Notes under the pieces: model-generated
What the model was told of the DNA's origin: nothing
Seen by the model: only the letters and a program-made list of their open reading frames with translations
Databases searched by the model: none
Made by a program: the position numbers and the translations under genes
DNA from: a virus
Lineage: Duplodnaviria; Heunggongvirae; Uroviricota; Caudoviricetes
Virus record (IMG/VR): IMGVR_UViG_3300006155_000234
Length of the DNA: 64,000 bases
Reading direction: 5' to 3' (one strand)
Shown: positions 18,601-27,957 of the stretch, one piece after another
Layout of the letters: each line of letters starts with the position of its first letter
Numbering within the stretch: position 1 is the first letter of the stretch

Positions 18601-21600
18601 ATGAATTTAATACAAAATATTTTTCAAAACCCTGAATTTAAAATTGAGGGAGACCAACATAAATTAAAAAAGAGAATATTAAAAGATATAATCAATATGA
18701 ATTGGTTTAACAGTTGCGATTTATTAGTTGGATATAAAGATGGTCAGAGAGAATACACAAATCCACAAAGATGGCAACTAGATGCAGCAAATAGTTTATT
18801 TGAGTTTTACTGGAACTATACAGTAGATAGATATACTAATTATCAAGATTTAGAGAATGAAATTTATAATCACATGAAAAATTCTAAATATATAGGAGTA
18901 CAAACAACAGTATTACCTAAATTTACAATTCCATTTAGAGCAGATAAGGGACAATGTATGGTAGATGAAAATGGAAATCAAACATTTAGAGATGGTACAC
19001 CTACAAGACCTTTTTACTCATTGATATATATTGCACAGAATGGATTTATTGATTTTGATAATAAAGTAAGATTGAAAGACTGGAATGAAGTTGTAAAATC
19101 AAATCCTAAATACTTGAAATATTTTGAAACTTGTATAGACCATTTTGATGATGGAGAGAATGGTGTTAAAAAAGAAATAAGAGATTTGGCTAAATCATAT
19201 AAGGATTTTAGAGAATACCTAGACCCAAATCTACCAATTTTAGAAGATAGAAAATGGTTATATGATTTTTGTGTTAATGTAGAAGTAAAATGTGACCCAT
19301 ATAAAAATTATGAAACAGAGTTATTAAGAAAAAATGGTTTTATAGTTATGGGTGGAAATGAATTTATATATTATAATGATATTGCATGTGTAAATTGTGG
19401 TAAACCTCATTTTAGAAACGGCTTATGTAAAGACTGTTGTGAAATGAATTTTAAAGATAGAATGATAGGAAATAAATTATATGGGAATATAAGTCAAAAA
19501 AGTAATTCAATTCAACAAGATGCAGTTAAATTAGCAGGGGCAGCTTCAAGTGCAAGTTCAGGAAGTTTTAGAGTTAGTGATGGTACATCAAGACAAGGAC
19601 ATTCTGTAAGCGATGAGAGTATAGATAATGTGTCTTGGAACTCTGTTGCAAGTAGAGCTAGTAGAGCAGCAGGATTAAATGTTGGTACTGCACCTTCTGG
19701 AAATAGTGGTGTGATAGGTGATGATGAGTTATCAAGTGCTGGAAATACAGCAGTAAAAAGTAATGCCAGTAAGTCTGTTGGGTATAATGTAGGAGAAGTA
19801 ACAGTAAGTAACAATACAACAGGAATATCAACAGCAGTTGCAGAAGAAAGAATGTCAGATGCAAGTCATACAGCAGTTGCAAGTAAAGTAAGTAGAATGC
19901 CAGGTCAAAATGTAAGTGTAAATATAACTGGTAAATCTCATACAGTACTTGATGATACAATATCTATTGTAAGTGGTGCTTCTGCAGCAAGTATAGCTAG
20001 TAGAGCTTCAGGAATGCAATTAGAAAATCAAAGTGTGCAAGTAGGTACACAAACAACATCAAATAGTGAAACAATGAGAGCAGATATTTTAACAGAAGCA
20101 GGACATAATGCTTCTAAATCTGCAAGTAATTCAAATACAGTTCAAGTTGGCACATCAACATCTGCACATAGCACATCAATATCAGATGATAGTGTAGGTT
20201 CTGTTGCAAATGTTAGTGTTTCAAGTGGTAGTTCACAATCAAGAGGCTTAAATATAGGTATGCAAAAATCAAGTGCAAATTCAAGTGTAATTGATGATGA
20301 AACATTGCAATTTGCAAGTCATGATAGTAGAATTGCAGCATTTACACATTCATCAGGGGCATCAAATGTAACATCAGAAGAGAGTGTTCAAAGAGCTGGT
20401 TTAGAATCAAGAACTGCTGGATTCCAAACCGCTGTTAGAGCTGTAAATGTAGGTAATAATGAGTTTGCAAACTCAAAAACAAGAGTGGGAAATTCAACTT
20501 CAGGAAATTCACATACAACAGGAGATAATACAGTATCTCAAATAGGTATGGAGGCTAGAACCAGTGCATTTCAAACAAAATTAAGTTCTGAAAATGTAAT
20601 AAATGTTGGAACAACTACATCAAGAGTTTCTAATGTAAATGTAGAAGAAACTACAGCAGAAGCAGGTATGACAAGTAGAAGTAGTATGACAACATCTGTT
20701 TCTGCAAATAGTGTAAATGTAGGTACAACTACATCTGAACAATCATTTGCAAGAAATAAAGATACAGTTGATGAGGCAGGAAAAGCAAGTAGAAGTAGCA
20801 TAACAACCTCACCATCTGCATTAAATAGTAATGATGTTAAATTTATTGGAAATATAAAAGATTTTGTTTATACATCTGAAAATACTGTTAGATACTATTC
20901 ATCTCAAGGTAAAATATTTGATATGACAATTCCAGATGGTTATAAATATCCAGATAATATATCTACAAATAGATTTTTTATGTTTGGAAGTTTTAATGGG
21001 AATTTAGAATTATTAAAACAATTTTGCCCTTCAAATGCTTTTGTATTTGACCCATTTGCAGGACACGGAGACAGAGCATTATTCTTTATGGAATATGGCT
21101 GTAAAACATATATAGGAAATGATACAAATGAACGTGAATGGAATTTCCTAAATAATAATCTAATTGAATTAATAAATAAATATAAGAGATTTAACCAAAG
21201 ATGTGAGGTTAGAATCAAAAATTCAATGATTTATGAACCAGAATTAGAGAATAAGGTTGATTTTGTTTACACATCTCCTCCATATTTTGATTTTGAAATG
21301 TATGATGGGTTTACAGAGCAAATCGCTGGTATGAAAACTTATGATGATTTCCATAGAGAATTTTCAATACCTATCTTTAAAAATGTATATAGATATATGA
21401 AAGATGGTGGTGTTGTAATATTACAAACAGAGAAAGATAAAAAACTAAAACAAAAATGGATAGATATGATGGTAAGTGTTGGATTTAAAAATATTACAGA
21501 GAATGATTTAAGTAATGAACAGAAACATGGTATTAATAAAACTATTCAAGAAATAGGAATTTTTGTTAAAGGTGACTATGGAAGAGCAGAAGCAAAACAA

Positions 21601-21621
21601 TCAAGCAACACATTATTTTAG
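18601..21621 (+). CDS. Multidomain DNA amino-methyltransferase (N4-C/N6-A), paralog 1: unknown N-domain + Zn finger + about 13 repeats + MTase
   Basis: C-terminal FDPFAGHG (motif I) and YTSPPYF (motif IV); CVNC...CKDC; residues about 301-750 are an imperfect repeat array; ends SNTLF. Confidence 0.8.
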   Translation: MNLIQNIFQNPEFKIEGDQHKLKKRILKDIINMNWFNSCDLLVGYKDGQREYTNPQRWQLDAANSLFEFYWNYTVDRYTNYQDLENEIYNHMKNSKYIGVQTTVLPKFTIPFRADKGQCMVDENGNQTFRDGTPTRPFYSLIYIAQNGFIDFDNKVRLKDWNEVVKSNPKYLKYFETCIDHFDDGENGVKKEIRDLAKSYKDFREYLDPNLPILEDRKWLYDFCVNVEVKCDPYKNYETELLRKNGFIVMGGNEFIYYNDIACVNCGKPHFRNGLCKDCCEMNFKDRMIGNKLYGNISQKSNSIQQDAVKLAGAASSASSGSFRVSDGTSRQGHSVSDESIDNVSWNSVASRASRAAGLNVGTAPSGNSGVIGDDELSSAGNTAVKSNASKSVGYNVGEVTVSNNTTGISTAVAEERMSDASHTAVASKVSRMPGQNVSVNITGKSHTVLDDTISIVSGASAASIASRASGMQLENQSVQVGTQTTSNSETMRADILTEAGHNASKSASNSNTVQVGTSTSAHSTSISDDSVGSVANVSVSSGSSQSRGLNIGMQKSSANSSVIDDETLQFASHDSRIAAFTHSSGASNVTSEESVQRAGLESRTAGFQTAVRAVNVGNNEFANSKTRVGNSTSGNSHTTGDNTVSQIGMEARTSAFQTKLSSENVINVGTTTSRVSNVNVEETTAEAGMTSRSSMTTSVSANSVNVGTTTSEQSFARNKDTVDEAGKASRSSITTSPSALNSNDVKFIGNIKDFVYTSENTVRYYSSQGKIFDMTIPDGYKYPDNISTNRFFMFGSFNGNLELLKQFCPSNAFVFDPFAGHGDRALFFMEYGCKTYIGNDTNEREWNFLNNNLIELINKYKRFNQRCEVRIKNSMIYEPELENKVDFVYTSPPYFDFEMYDGFTEQIAGMKTYDDFHREFSIPIFKNVYRYMKDGGVVILQTEKDKKLKQKWIDMMVSVGFKNITENDLSNEQKHGINKTIQEIGIFVKGDYGRAEAKQSSNTLF
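19501..20850 (+). repeat. Intragenic array of about 13 imperfect protein repeats, mostly 33-41 aa
   Basis: Recurring T-x-S..S..(V/I)x(D/E)(D/E)x(V/L)..AG..S(R)...NVG, e.g. TTTSRVSNVNVEETTAEAGMTSRSSMTTSVSANSVNVG followed by TTTSEQSFARNKDTVDEAGKASRSSITTS. Confidence 0.75.
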
Positions 21622-21635
21622 AAAGAGGTTTAATA

Positions 21636-23534
21636 ATGAATTTAGTACAGAATATTTTTCAGAATCCTGAATTTAAAATTACAGGGGATAAAAATAAGCT
21701 AAAACAGAAAATTGCTAAAGATATTATTAATATGTATTGGTGGAATGATTGTCATATCCTAATTGGGTATGACAGTTCATTTCGAGTATATTCTAACCCA
21801 GAATTATGGCAAATAGATATTGCAAATGACCTTTACGAATATTATTGGAATAAACAACAAGATAGTATTACAATAGATAAGTTGGAAGATAGTATTTATA
21901 AATATTTTAAAGGTAAGCAACAAGATTTTGATACAAATAATGGATATTTATCTGCATTTAATATGAAATACAGAATGGACACACAACAGTTTATGCATGA
22001 CGAAAATGGAAATCAAACATTTAGAGATGGTACACATAATAGAGCATTTTATTCATTAATATATTTAGGACAAAATGGATTTATTGATAGAGATGGATTT
22101 ATGAAAATCAAAGATTTTGATACAGTAATAAAAGGAACTAAATTTGAAAAGTTTTTTGAATTATCAAAACATAAAATTAAAAGTGAAAAAAGTATGGTAT
22201 CTGAGGAGATAAATGCACTAAAAAATACATATAGACAGTTTGATGAATACCTAGACCCAAATTTACCAATTTTAGAAGACAGAAAATGGTTATATGAAAT
22301 ATATTTAGATTTAAAATTAAAATGTGACCCATTTAAAAATTATGAATTAGAATTATTAAATAAGAATGGTTCGATAGTTGGTTCTGGGAATGAAGATATT
22401 TATATAGACATAGATGGTAATAAATGCGATTGTTGTGGTGTTAATAATAGGTATATAAATGGTTTGTGTAAAAATTGCCAAGATGTTAAAATATCTAAAA
22501 ATGGTAGGGTTTCAAGGGTATCTGGAACAAGTATTGCAACTAGAAGTATTGATGCAGGTGTTCAAGATGCATCTGTTATGGTAAATACTACAAGTCATAC
22601 ATATCAACCAAGAGGAATAAGAGCAGATAGGATATCAAGTACAAGTACATCATGTATATCTGATAATGATATGACAACTGCTGCTGCATTTTCAACAAAG
22701 GCTTCAGCAACATATCGTCCTAGAGGAATAAGAGTAGATGATGAAGATTGTATTGGTGGTATTAAATATTTTAAATATAATGAAGATGGAACAGTACATT
22801 ATGATTTTCCAAGTGGTAAGATACAAATGGATATGTCTGTACCAAAAGGATATACATACCCTAAACAAATTGCAATAGATAGATTTGCCATATATGGAAG
22901 TTTTAAAGGTAATCCTGAATTATTAAAAGAATTTTGCCCTAAAAGTGCATTTGTATTTGACCCTTTTGCTGGGCATGGAGATAGGGTTTTAATGTTTGCT
23001 AAATATGGTGTTAAAACATATATAGGAAATGATACAAATTCAAAAGAATGGAATTATCTTAACAGTACTTTTATGCCTATATTAAATAAATATAAAAAAT
23101 TTGGACAACATTTTGAAGTTAGAATAAAAGATTCTAAAATTTATGAACCAGAATTAGAGAATAAGGTTGATTTTGTTTACACATCTCCACCTTACTTTGA
23201 CTTTGAAATGTATGATGGTTTTGAAGAACAGATACAAGGTATGAAAGATTATGATGATTTCCATAAGTATTTTTCAACACCTATATTCACAAATGTTTAT
23301 AAGTACATGAAAGACGGAGGAATAGTAATTTTACAAACTGAAAGAATTGATAAATATAAAGAAAAATGGATAAAAATGATGGAAAATGTTGGTTTTAAGT
23401 GTTTATCTAGTAATGTACTAAATATGAAAAATGCAATGGCAAAAAGAGTAAATATGCTACAAGAAGTTGCTATTTTTGTTAAAGGTGACTATAAGATAGA
23501 TGAAGTCAAAACACAACAGAATAAATTATTTTAG
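21636..23534 (+). CDS. Multidomain DNA amino-methyltransferase, paralog 2 (short linker)
   Basis: N-domain clearly homologous to paralog 1 (MNL.QNIFQNPEFKI.GD; FRDGT; YLDPNLPILEDRKWLY); CDCC...CKNC; FDPFAGHG, YTSPPYF; ends QNKLF. Confidence 0.82.
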   Translation: MNLVQNIFQNPEFKITGDKNKLKQKIAKDIINMYWWNDCHILIGYDSSFRVYSNPELWQIDIANDLYEYYWNKQQDSITIDKLEDSIYKYFKGKQQDFDTNNGYLSAFNMKYRMDTQQFMHDENGNQTFRDGTHNRAFYSLIYLGQNGFIDRDGFMKIKDFDTVIKGTKFEKFFELSKHKIKSEKSMVSEEINALKNTYRQFDEYLDPNLPILEDRKWLYEIYLDLKLKCDPFKNYELELLNKNGSIVGSGNEDIYIDIDGNKCDCCGVNNRYINGLCKNCQDVKISKNGRVSRVSGTSIATRSIDAGVQDASVMVNTTSHTYQPRGIRADRISSTSTSCISDNDMTTAAAFSTKASATYRPRGIRVDDEDCIGGIKYFKYNEDGTVHYDFPSGKIQMDMSVPKGYTYPKQIAIDRFAIYGSFKGNPELLKEFCPKSAFVFDPFAGHGDRVLMFAKYGVKTYIGNDTNSKEWNYLNSTFMPILNKYKKFGQHFEVRIKDSKIYEPELENKVDFVYTSPPYFDFEMYDGFEEQIQGMKDYDDFHKYFSTPIFTNVYKYMKDGGIVILQTERIDKYKEKWIKMMENVGFKCLSSNVLNMKNAMAKRVNMLQEVAIFVKGDYKIDEVKTQQNKLF

Positions 23535-23553
23535 TAATGAGGTAGGTTTTCAA

Positions 23554-25551
23554 ATGAATATTGTATTTAAAAAAATTCATATAAAGAATTTTCAATCAGT
23601 AGAGAATATAGAACTTGAACTTGACAGTAAAGGAATAGTTGTAGTTAAAGGAATAAATAACTATGAGGCTAATGTTAAAAGCAATGGTAGTGGAAAATCA
23701 AGTATTTTTGAATCTATTATATTTTCTTTATATGGAGAAACAAGTTTAGGGATAAAAGACCCAGAGAATAGGATATTAAATCAAGGATATAGAGTTAGTT
23801 TAGATTTAAGTATAAATGGAATTAATTACACAATTATTAGATATAAAGAAAATGGAAAATCTAATATACAATTATTAGAAAATGGTATAGATGTATCTGG
23901 GAGAAATAAAACAGATACAGATAAGTTAATACAAAAATATTTAGGAATAAATAAAGACTTATTCCTTGATAGTATATTTTTAGCACAGGGGGTAAGTACA
24001 AATTTAAGTTCTTTATCACCAACTGCTAGAAAAGAAAGATTAGAAATATTAACAGGAACTGAAAAACTAATTGAAGATTTTAAACTATATATAAAGAACA
24101 AACAAATAGAGTATGAAGCTGAGTGTACTAGATTGACTTTAGACAAAACAAAATTAGAAGGTAATATACAATCATTACAAAGTCAAATAAATACCTTAAA
24201 TTCTAAAATAAATGATATTAAGATAGAGAATGAAAAAAAGAAGTCTTTGGGAAATGTAGAAGAAATAGATATTGAAATAAATCAAATACATAAAGATATT
24301 AATATATTGAATAATGATATTGTAGATATTGAAAATATAGTTATACCTGAATTTGATTCTGTAATTAGTAATAAACAATTAGATATGAATAATCTTAAAT
24401 CTAATAGAGTAGAAATAGAGAATAAGAGAGAAGAAATAAACAATATACTAAATACACAAAGAGATTTAGTTAATAAATTAAGTTCTGAGGTAGATAAGTG
24501 GGAATTTGAAATATCTAATTTTGAAAGTTCTATTAATAGATTAAATAGTGAGATAGATAGTATTAGGAAGTCAGACACATGCCCTACTTGTGGTAGAAAA
24601 TATGATAATGCTAATGAGGAACATATTTTAAATTTAATAAAAGAGAAAGAAACAGAAATATTAGATATACAAAATAAGATACAAGATAATAAAAATTTAA
24701 TAAATAATAAGAGTATTGAAATAAATACAGAAACAGAAAAAGGAAAACAGATAAGAGAACAATATGATTTAGAGCAAAATAGGATACAGAATATAGATAA
24801 TCAAATACAAGATATTGAAAAATATATACAAGATAATCAAAATAAGATAAGAGAACAGAGAGAGCTTATATCATCTAAGCAAAATCAAATAAGAGAATTA
24901 CAAAATAAAAAGGATATGCTACAAGGTAAAAAAGAGGAATTATTAAAAGTTGAAATTCAAAGTACAGCAGAATATGAAGAAATGATAGATGAAGCAAATA
25001 GTAATATAAATAGTAGCAACATTCAAATAAGGGAAATTGAATCAAAATGGAATGAGCAAAATGATTTAGTAGATGTATGTAAATATTCGCAACAACTAAT
25101 AACAAAACCATTTAGAACTTATTTATTACAAAATAGTATAAAAATATTAAATGATAAGTTAGAATATTTAAGTAATAGATTATTTAGTAACCATAAAGAT
25201 GTTATAATTATTGATGGTGACGATTCTAAGTTAGATATAAGATTAGGTGATGCTTCTTATGAGAGTTTAAGTGGTGGTGAGAAAACAAGAGTAAATATTT
25301 GTTTGTTATTAGCACAGAAATATTTAGCATCAAATCTTGGAAATGTTGACTGTAATTTAATAGTTTTGGATGAGGTTTTAGGACAATGTGATAGTGACGC
25401 TGAAATGAATATTATAGATTTGATAATAGAAGAATTACAAAGTGTTTCTAGTATAATATTTATTGGACATAAAGAACTTACAATACCTAATGATGGAACA
25501 ATTACAGTTATAAAAGATGAGAATGGACTATCAAGATTATTAAATAAATAG
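23554..25551 (+). CDS. sbcC: SbcC/Rad50-like SMC ATPase
   Basis: IKNFQS, SNGSGKSS, long coiled coil with CPTC zinc hook, LSGGEK, LDE. ATG at 23554 (GAGGTAGG RBS) within ORF 23500. Confidence 0.92.
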   Translation: MNIVFKKIHIKNFQSVENIELELDSKGIVVVKGINNYEANVKSNGSGKSSIFESIIFSLYGETSLGIKDPENRILNQGYRVSLDLSINGINYTIIRYKENGKSNIQLLENGIDVSGRNKTDTDKLIQKYLGINKDLFLDSIFLAQGVSTNLSSLSPTARKERLEILTGTEKLIEDFKLYIKNKQIEYEAECTRLTLDKTKLEGNIQSLQSQINTLNSKINDIKIENEKKKSLGNVEEIDIEINQIHKDINILNNDIVDIENIVIPEFDSVISNKQLDMNNLKSNRVEIENKREEINNILNTQRDLVNKLSSEVDKWEFEISNFESSINRLNSEIDSIRKSDTCPTCGRKYDNANEEHILNLIKEKETEILDIQNKIQDNKNLINNKSIEINTETEKGKQIREQYDLEQNRIQNIDNQIQDIEKYIQDNQNKIREQRELISSKQNQIRELQNKKDMLQGKKEELLKVEIQSTAEYEEMIDEANSNINSSNIQIREIESKWNEQNDLVDVCKYSQQLITKPFRTYLLQNSIKILNDKLEYLSNRLFSNHKDVIIIDGDDSKLDIRLGDASYESLSGGEKTRVNICLLLAQKYLASNLGNVDCNLIVLDEVLGQCDSDAEMNIIDLIIEELQSVSSIIFIGHKELTIPNDGTITVIKDENGLSRLLNK

Positions 25552-25562
25552 GAGGTTTTTCA

Positions 25563-26033
25563 ATGATTAAATTTGAATATGTAAATAGGCTAAAAGAAAT
25601 CGGTGTAGACCCAAGTGCAGATGGTTCTGAAATGAGATTACCATATAGAAGCACAAAGAAGTCAGCAGGGTATGACTTTATAAATCCAGAAACAGTTACA
25701 ATTCAACCGAAGGAAATTAAGTATGTAAAGACAGGAATTAAAGCATTATTTCCAGATGATTTTGTATTAAAATTATACAACAGAAGCTCAAATCCAAAGA
25801 AATTAGGATTAGTATTAGCAAATGGTGTTGGAATTGTAGATGCAGACTATTATAATAACCCTGATAATGAAGGAGAAATTGCATTTGCATTTGTGAATAT
25901 TAAAGATGAGCCAGTTACATTAGAATATGGTTGTAAATTAGGACAAGGAATATTTGAAAAATATTATATTGTTAATGAAGAAGATACTATTACAGCAGAA
26001 AGAACTTCTGGGTTTGGTTCAACAGGAGAATAA
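25563..26033 (+). CDS. dut: Trimeric dUTPase
   Basis: SAGYDF, RSS, GIVDADY, GQGIF and RTSGFGSTG motifs. Confidence 0.93.
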   Translation: MIKFEYVNRLKEIGVDPSADGSEMRLPYRSTKKSAGYDFINPETVTIQPKEIKYVKTGIKALFPDDFVLKLYNRSSNPKKLGLVLANGVGIVDADYYNNPDNEGEIAFAFVNIKDEPVTLEYGCKLGQGIFEKYYIVNEEDTITAERTSGFGSTGE

Positions 26034-26034
26034 T

Positions 26035-26226
26035 ATGATATATGAAGTTAGAACGACAGACTTTAAAGGAAAATGTGGTAATTGTTTCTATTTTGAAACA
26101 TCGAATGGAATTGATGGAAATTGTACTAGTTTAGAAACACAAATCAGACCATGGAACAGGTTTAGAAGTTATAATAGTAAAGCATGTGTTCATAAGGAGG
26201 TAAGTAGTGAGAAGACAAGACCTTGA
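26035..26226 (+). CDS. Small Cys-rich protein (CGNC...C...C)
   Basis: Internal ATG of ORF 25954..26226, coupled to the dut stop. Confidence 0.55.
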   Translation: MIYEVRTTDFKGKCGNCFYFETSNGIDGNCTSLETQIRPWNRFRSYNSKACVHKEVSSEKTRP

Positions 26227-26560
26227 AAAGGGAATAGAGGATTTAAAAGAAATTAGAAATATAGCCTCAAAACAAGATTATAATACATCTGTTGCAATAA
26301 ATCAAAAGTTAATTAAAATAATACCACTATTAGAAAGTGAATATAATAGAATGGTTAAAGATAATATAGATTTAGACAGTCCAATGTACAGAGAAATAAC
26401 AATGTGTGATTGTGAAGAAGTACATAAAACAATGGAAGAATTTTTAAATAATTATATGGCAGAGTTAGTTGATAATGACTTCTTTATTGTAGATTATGGA
26501 ATAATCTATATAGATAAACAAAATAAGTATGGATATGTTAAGTATAGTAGAAATAAGTAA
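26207..26560 (+). CDS. Hypothetical protein
   Basis: ORF track; AAGGAGG RBS with GTG start. Confidence 0.6.
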   Translation: MRRQDLEKGIEDLKEIRNIASKQDYNTSVAINQKLIKIIPLLESEYNRMVKDNIDLDSPMYREITMCDCEEVHKTMEEFLNNYMAELVDNDFFIVDYGIIYIDKQNKYGYVKYSRNK

Positions 26561-26573
26561 GGTGGTGTTATAG

Positions 26574-26864
26574 ATGATTGCAATGATAAGTCAACCAATG
26601 GGAAATAAAACAAATAAAGAAATAGAAGAAGAAAGAAAAGAATTGGTAGAAGTTTTAGAAGAACAAGGATATGATGTTTTAGATACAGTTCTTACAGCAG
26701 ATGATGTTTCTAAAGATGACCCAATATGCTATTTAGCAAAATCATTAGAATTATTAGCAGAAGCAGATATTTTAGTATGTATGAGCGGTTGGGAAAATGC
26801 AAGAGGTTGTAGAATAGAGCATTTAGTAGCAGAAGAATATGGTAAGCAGATAATGGAATTATAG
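26574..26864 (+). CDS. DUF4406-like (nucleoside deoxyribosyltransferase fold) protein
   Basis: MISQPMGNK...ER...LAKSLELLAEAD...GWENARGCRIEH.VA..YG. Confidence 0.7.
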   Translation: MIAMISQPMGNKTNKEIEEERKELVEVLEEQGYDVLDTVLTADDVSKDDPICYLAKSLELLAEADILVCMSGWENARGCRIEHLVAEEYGKQIMEL

Positions 26865-26876
26865 GAGGAATTTGTT

Positions 26877-27230
26877 ATGCAATATTTCCTTAAAGTATAT
26901 AATCTAAATAAAGAAACATTGGTAGGTTATTATAAATCAACAGGTTTAAGTTGTATTTCTAAATTACCTAAGGGAATCAAATATTGGAATAATAGAGAAG
27001 AAGCATTAGAAGTTGCAAGAGATATGAATTATAATGGTTTTATGAGAGATTCTGATGGTAAGTATTATACACCTTTTTGGGTGGTTTGTGGTGACCATAC
27101 CAAAGAACCTAAAAAGAATACATTTAAAAATCAATTTGAAAATGAAGAAGGAGAGAACAATTATGGTATTGAAGCCTATTTACGACAAAATAGTAGTAAA
27201 GATGAAAAATACACAGGAGATACATTCTGA
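26877..27230 (+). CDS. Hypothetical protein
   Basis: ORF track; AGGAGG RBS; 3' end overlaps groES. Confidence 0.55.
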   Translation: MQYFLKVYNLNKETLVGYYKSTGLSCISKLPKGIKYWNNREEALEVARDMNYNGFMRDSDGKYYTPFWVVCGDHTKEPKKNTFKNQFENEEGENNYGIEAYLRQNSSKDEKYTGDTF

Positions 27231-27474
27231 AACAGGTTTGGTATATCAGAAAGACATGAGCCAAACATCAAATACAACCCTAGTTGCTGAAATAGTTGCA
27301 GTTGGAGATGGAAGATTATTAAGTGATGGTTCAATAGTACCATTAAAAGTAAAAGTAGGAGATAATATTGTTATATCTAAACATCAAGGAGAAAGTTTTA
27401 GTGATGGTAAAAATGAATATACAATATTATCTGAAAGTCACGTATTATCAATAATTGAGGAGGATAACCAATAA
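27163..27474 (+). CDS. groES: Co-chaperonin GroES
   Basis: LKPIYDKIVV, AEIVAVGDG, PLKVKVGDNIVISK, Y.ILSESHVL; start at ATG 27163 (AAGGAG RBS). Confidence 0.9.
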   Translation: MVLKPIYDKIVVKMKNTQEIHSETGLVYQKDMSQTSNTTLVAEIVAVGDGRLLSDGSIVPLKVKVGDNIVISKHQGESFSDGKNEYTILSESHVLSIIEEDNQ

Positions 27475-27752
27475 TGAATGGTATTGAAATTACAGATATA
27501 AAGATAAAAAAATTAAATAATTTAGGAAGATTAATAGGAGAAGCATCTATAACATTAAATGAATGTTTGGTAATACATAATATTCAAATTATTCAAACAG
27601 ATGAGAGAAGATTTATTAGTTTTCCACATAAAAAATTACATGATAAGATAGTAGACACAGTACATCCGATAACAAGAGAATTTAGGAGTTATGTTGAGGA
27701 TAATATTTTTGAAATGTTTGATAGGGGAGAGGTAGATGAAAGTATTAGATAA
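27474..27752 (+). CDS. spoVG: SpoVG-family nucleic-acid-binding protein
   Basis: ITDIKI...ASITL...VIHNI.II......FISFP......D.VHPIT.E.R. Confidence 0.85.
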   Translation: MNGIEITDIKIKKLNNLGRLIGEASITLNECLVIHNIQIIQTDERRFISFPHKKLHDKIVDTVHPITREFRSYVEDNIFEMFDRGEVDESIR

Positions 27753-27957
27753 TGGTATTGAAATTGGTGAATTATCAAAAATACATTTAGAAGAAAATGA
27801 TATTGTAGTTTTTGATTTTAAAGATAAAACTTTAAACCAAGAATCTATAAATAATATATATAATAATATGAAATCTATTTTTCCTAATAATAAGATTCTA
27901 TTTAAAAATAATGATGTTGAGATTAAAATTATAGAAGGGAGAAAAGATAATGAGTAA
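27736..27957 (+). CDS. Hypothetical protein
   Basis: ORF track; overlaps both neighbours. Confidence 0.55.
   Translation: MKVLDNGIEIGELSKIHLEENDIVVFDFKDKTLNQESINNIYNNMKSIFPNNKILFKNNDVEIKIIEGRKDNE

Noticed and set aside
19501-20850. Assembly artefact or diversity-generating retroelement in the MTase repeat region
   Set aside because: The repeats are highly degenerate at DNA level, so they are not collapsed or duplicated reads. There is no reverse transcriptase and no template/variable repeat pair with adenine-specific changes.
14335-22490. Extra AAGATGTTA hits inside coding sequence (e.g. 14335, about 22480)
   Set aside because: Lys-Asp-Val codons generate this string by chance; only hits at gene starts were counted as promoters.
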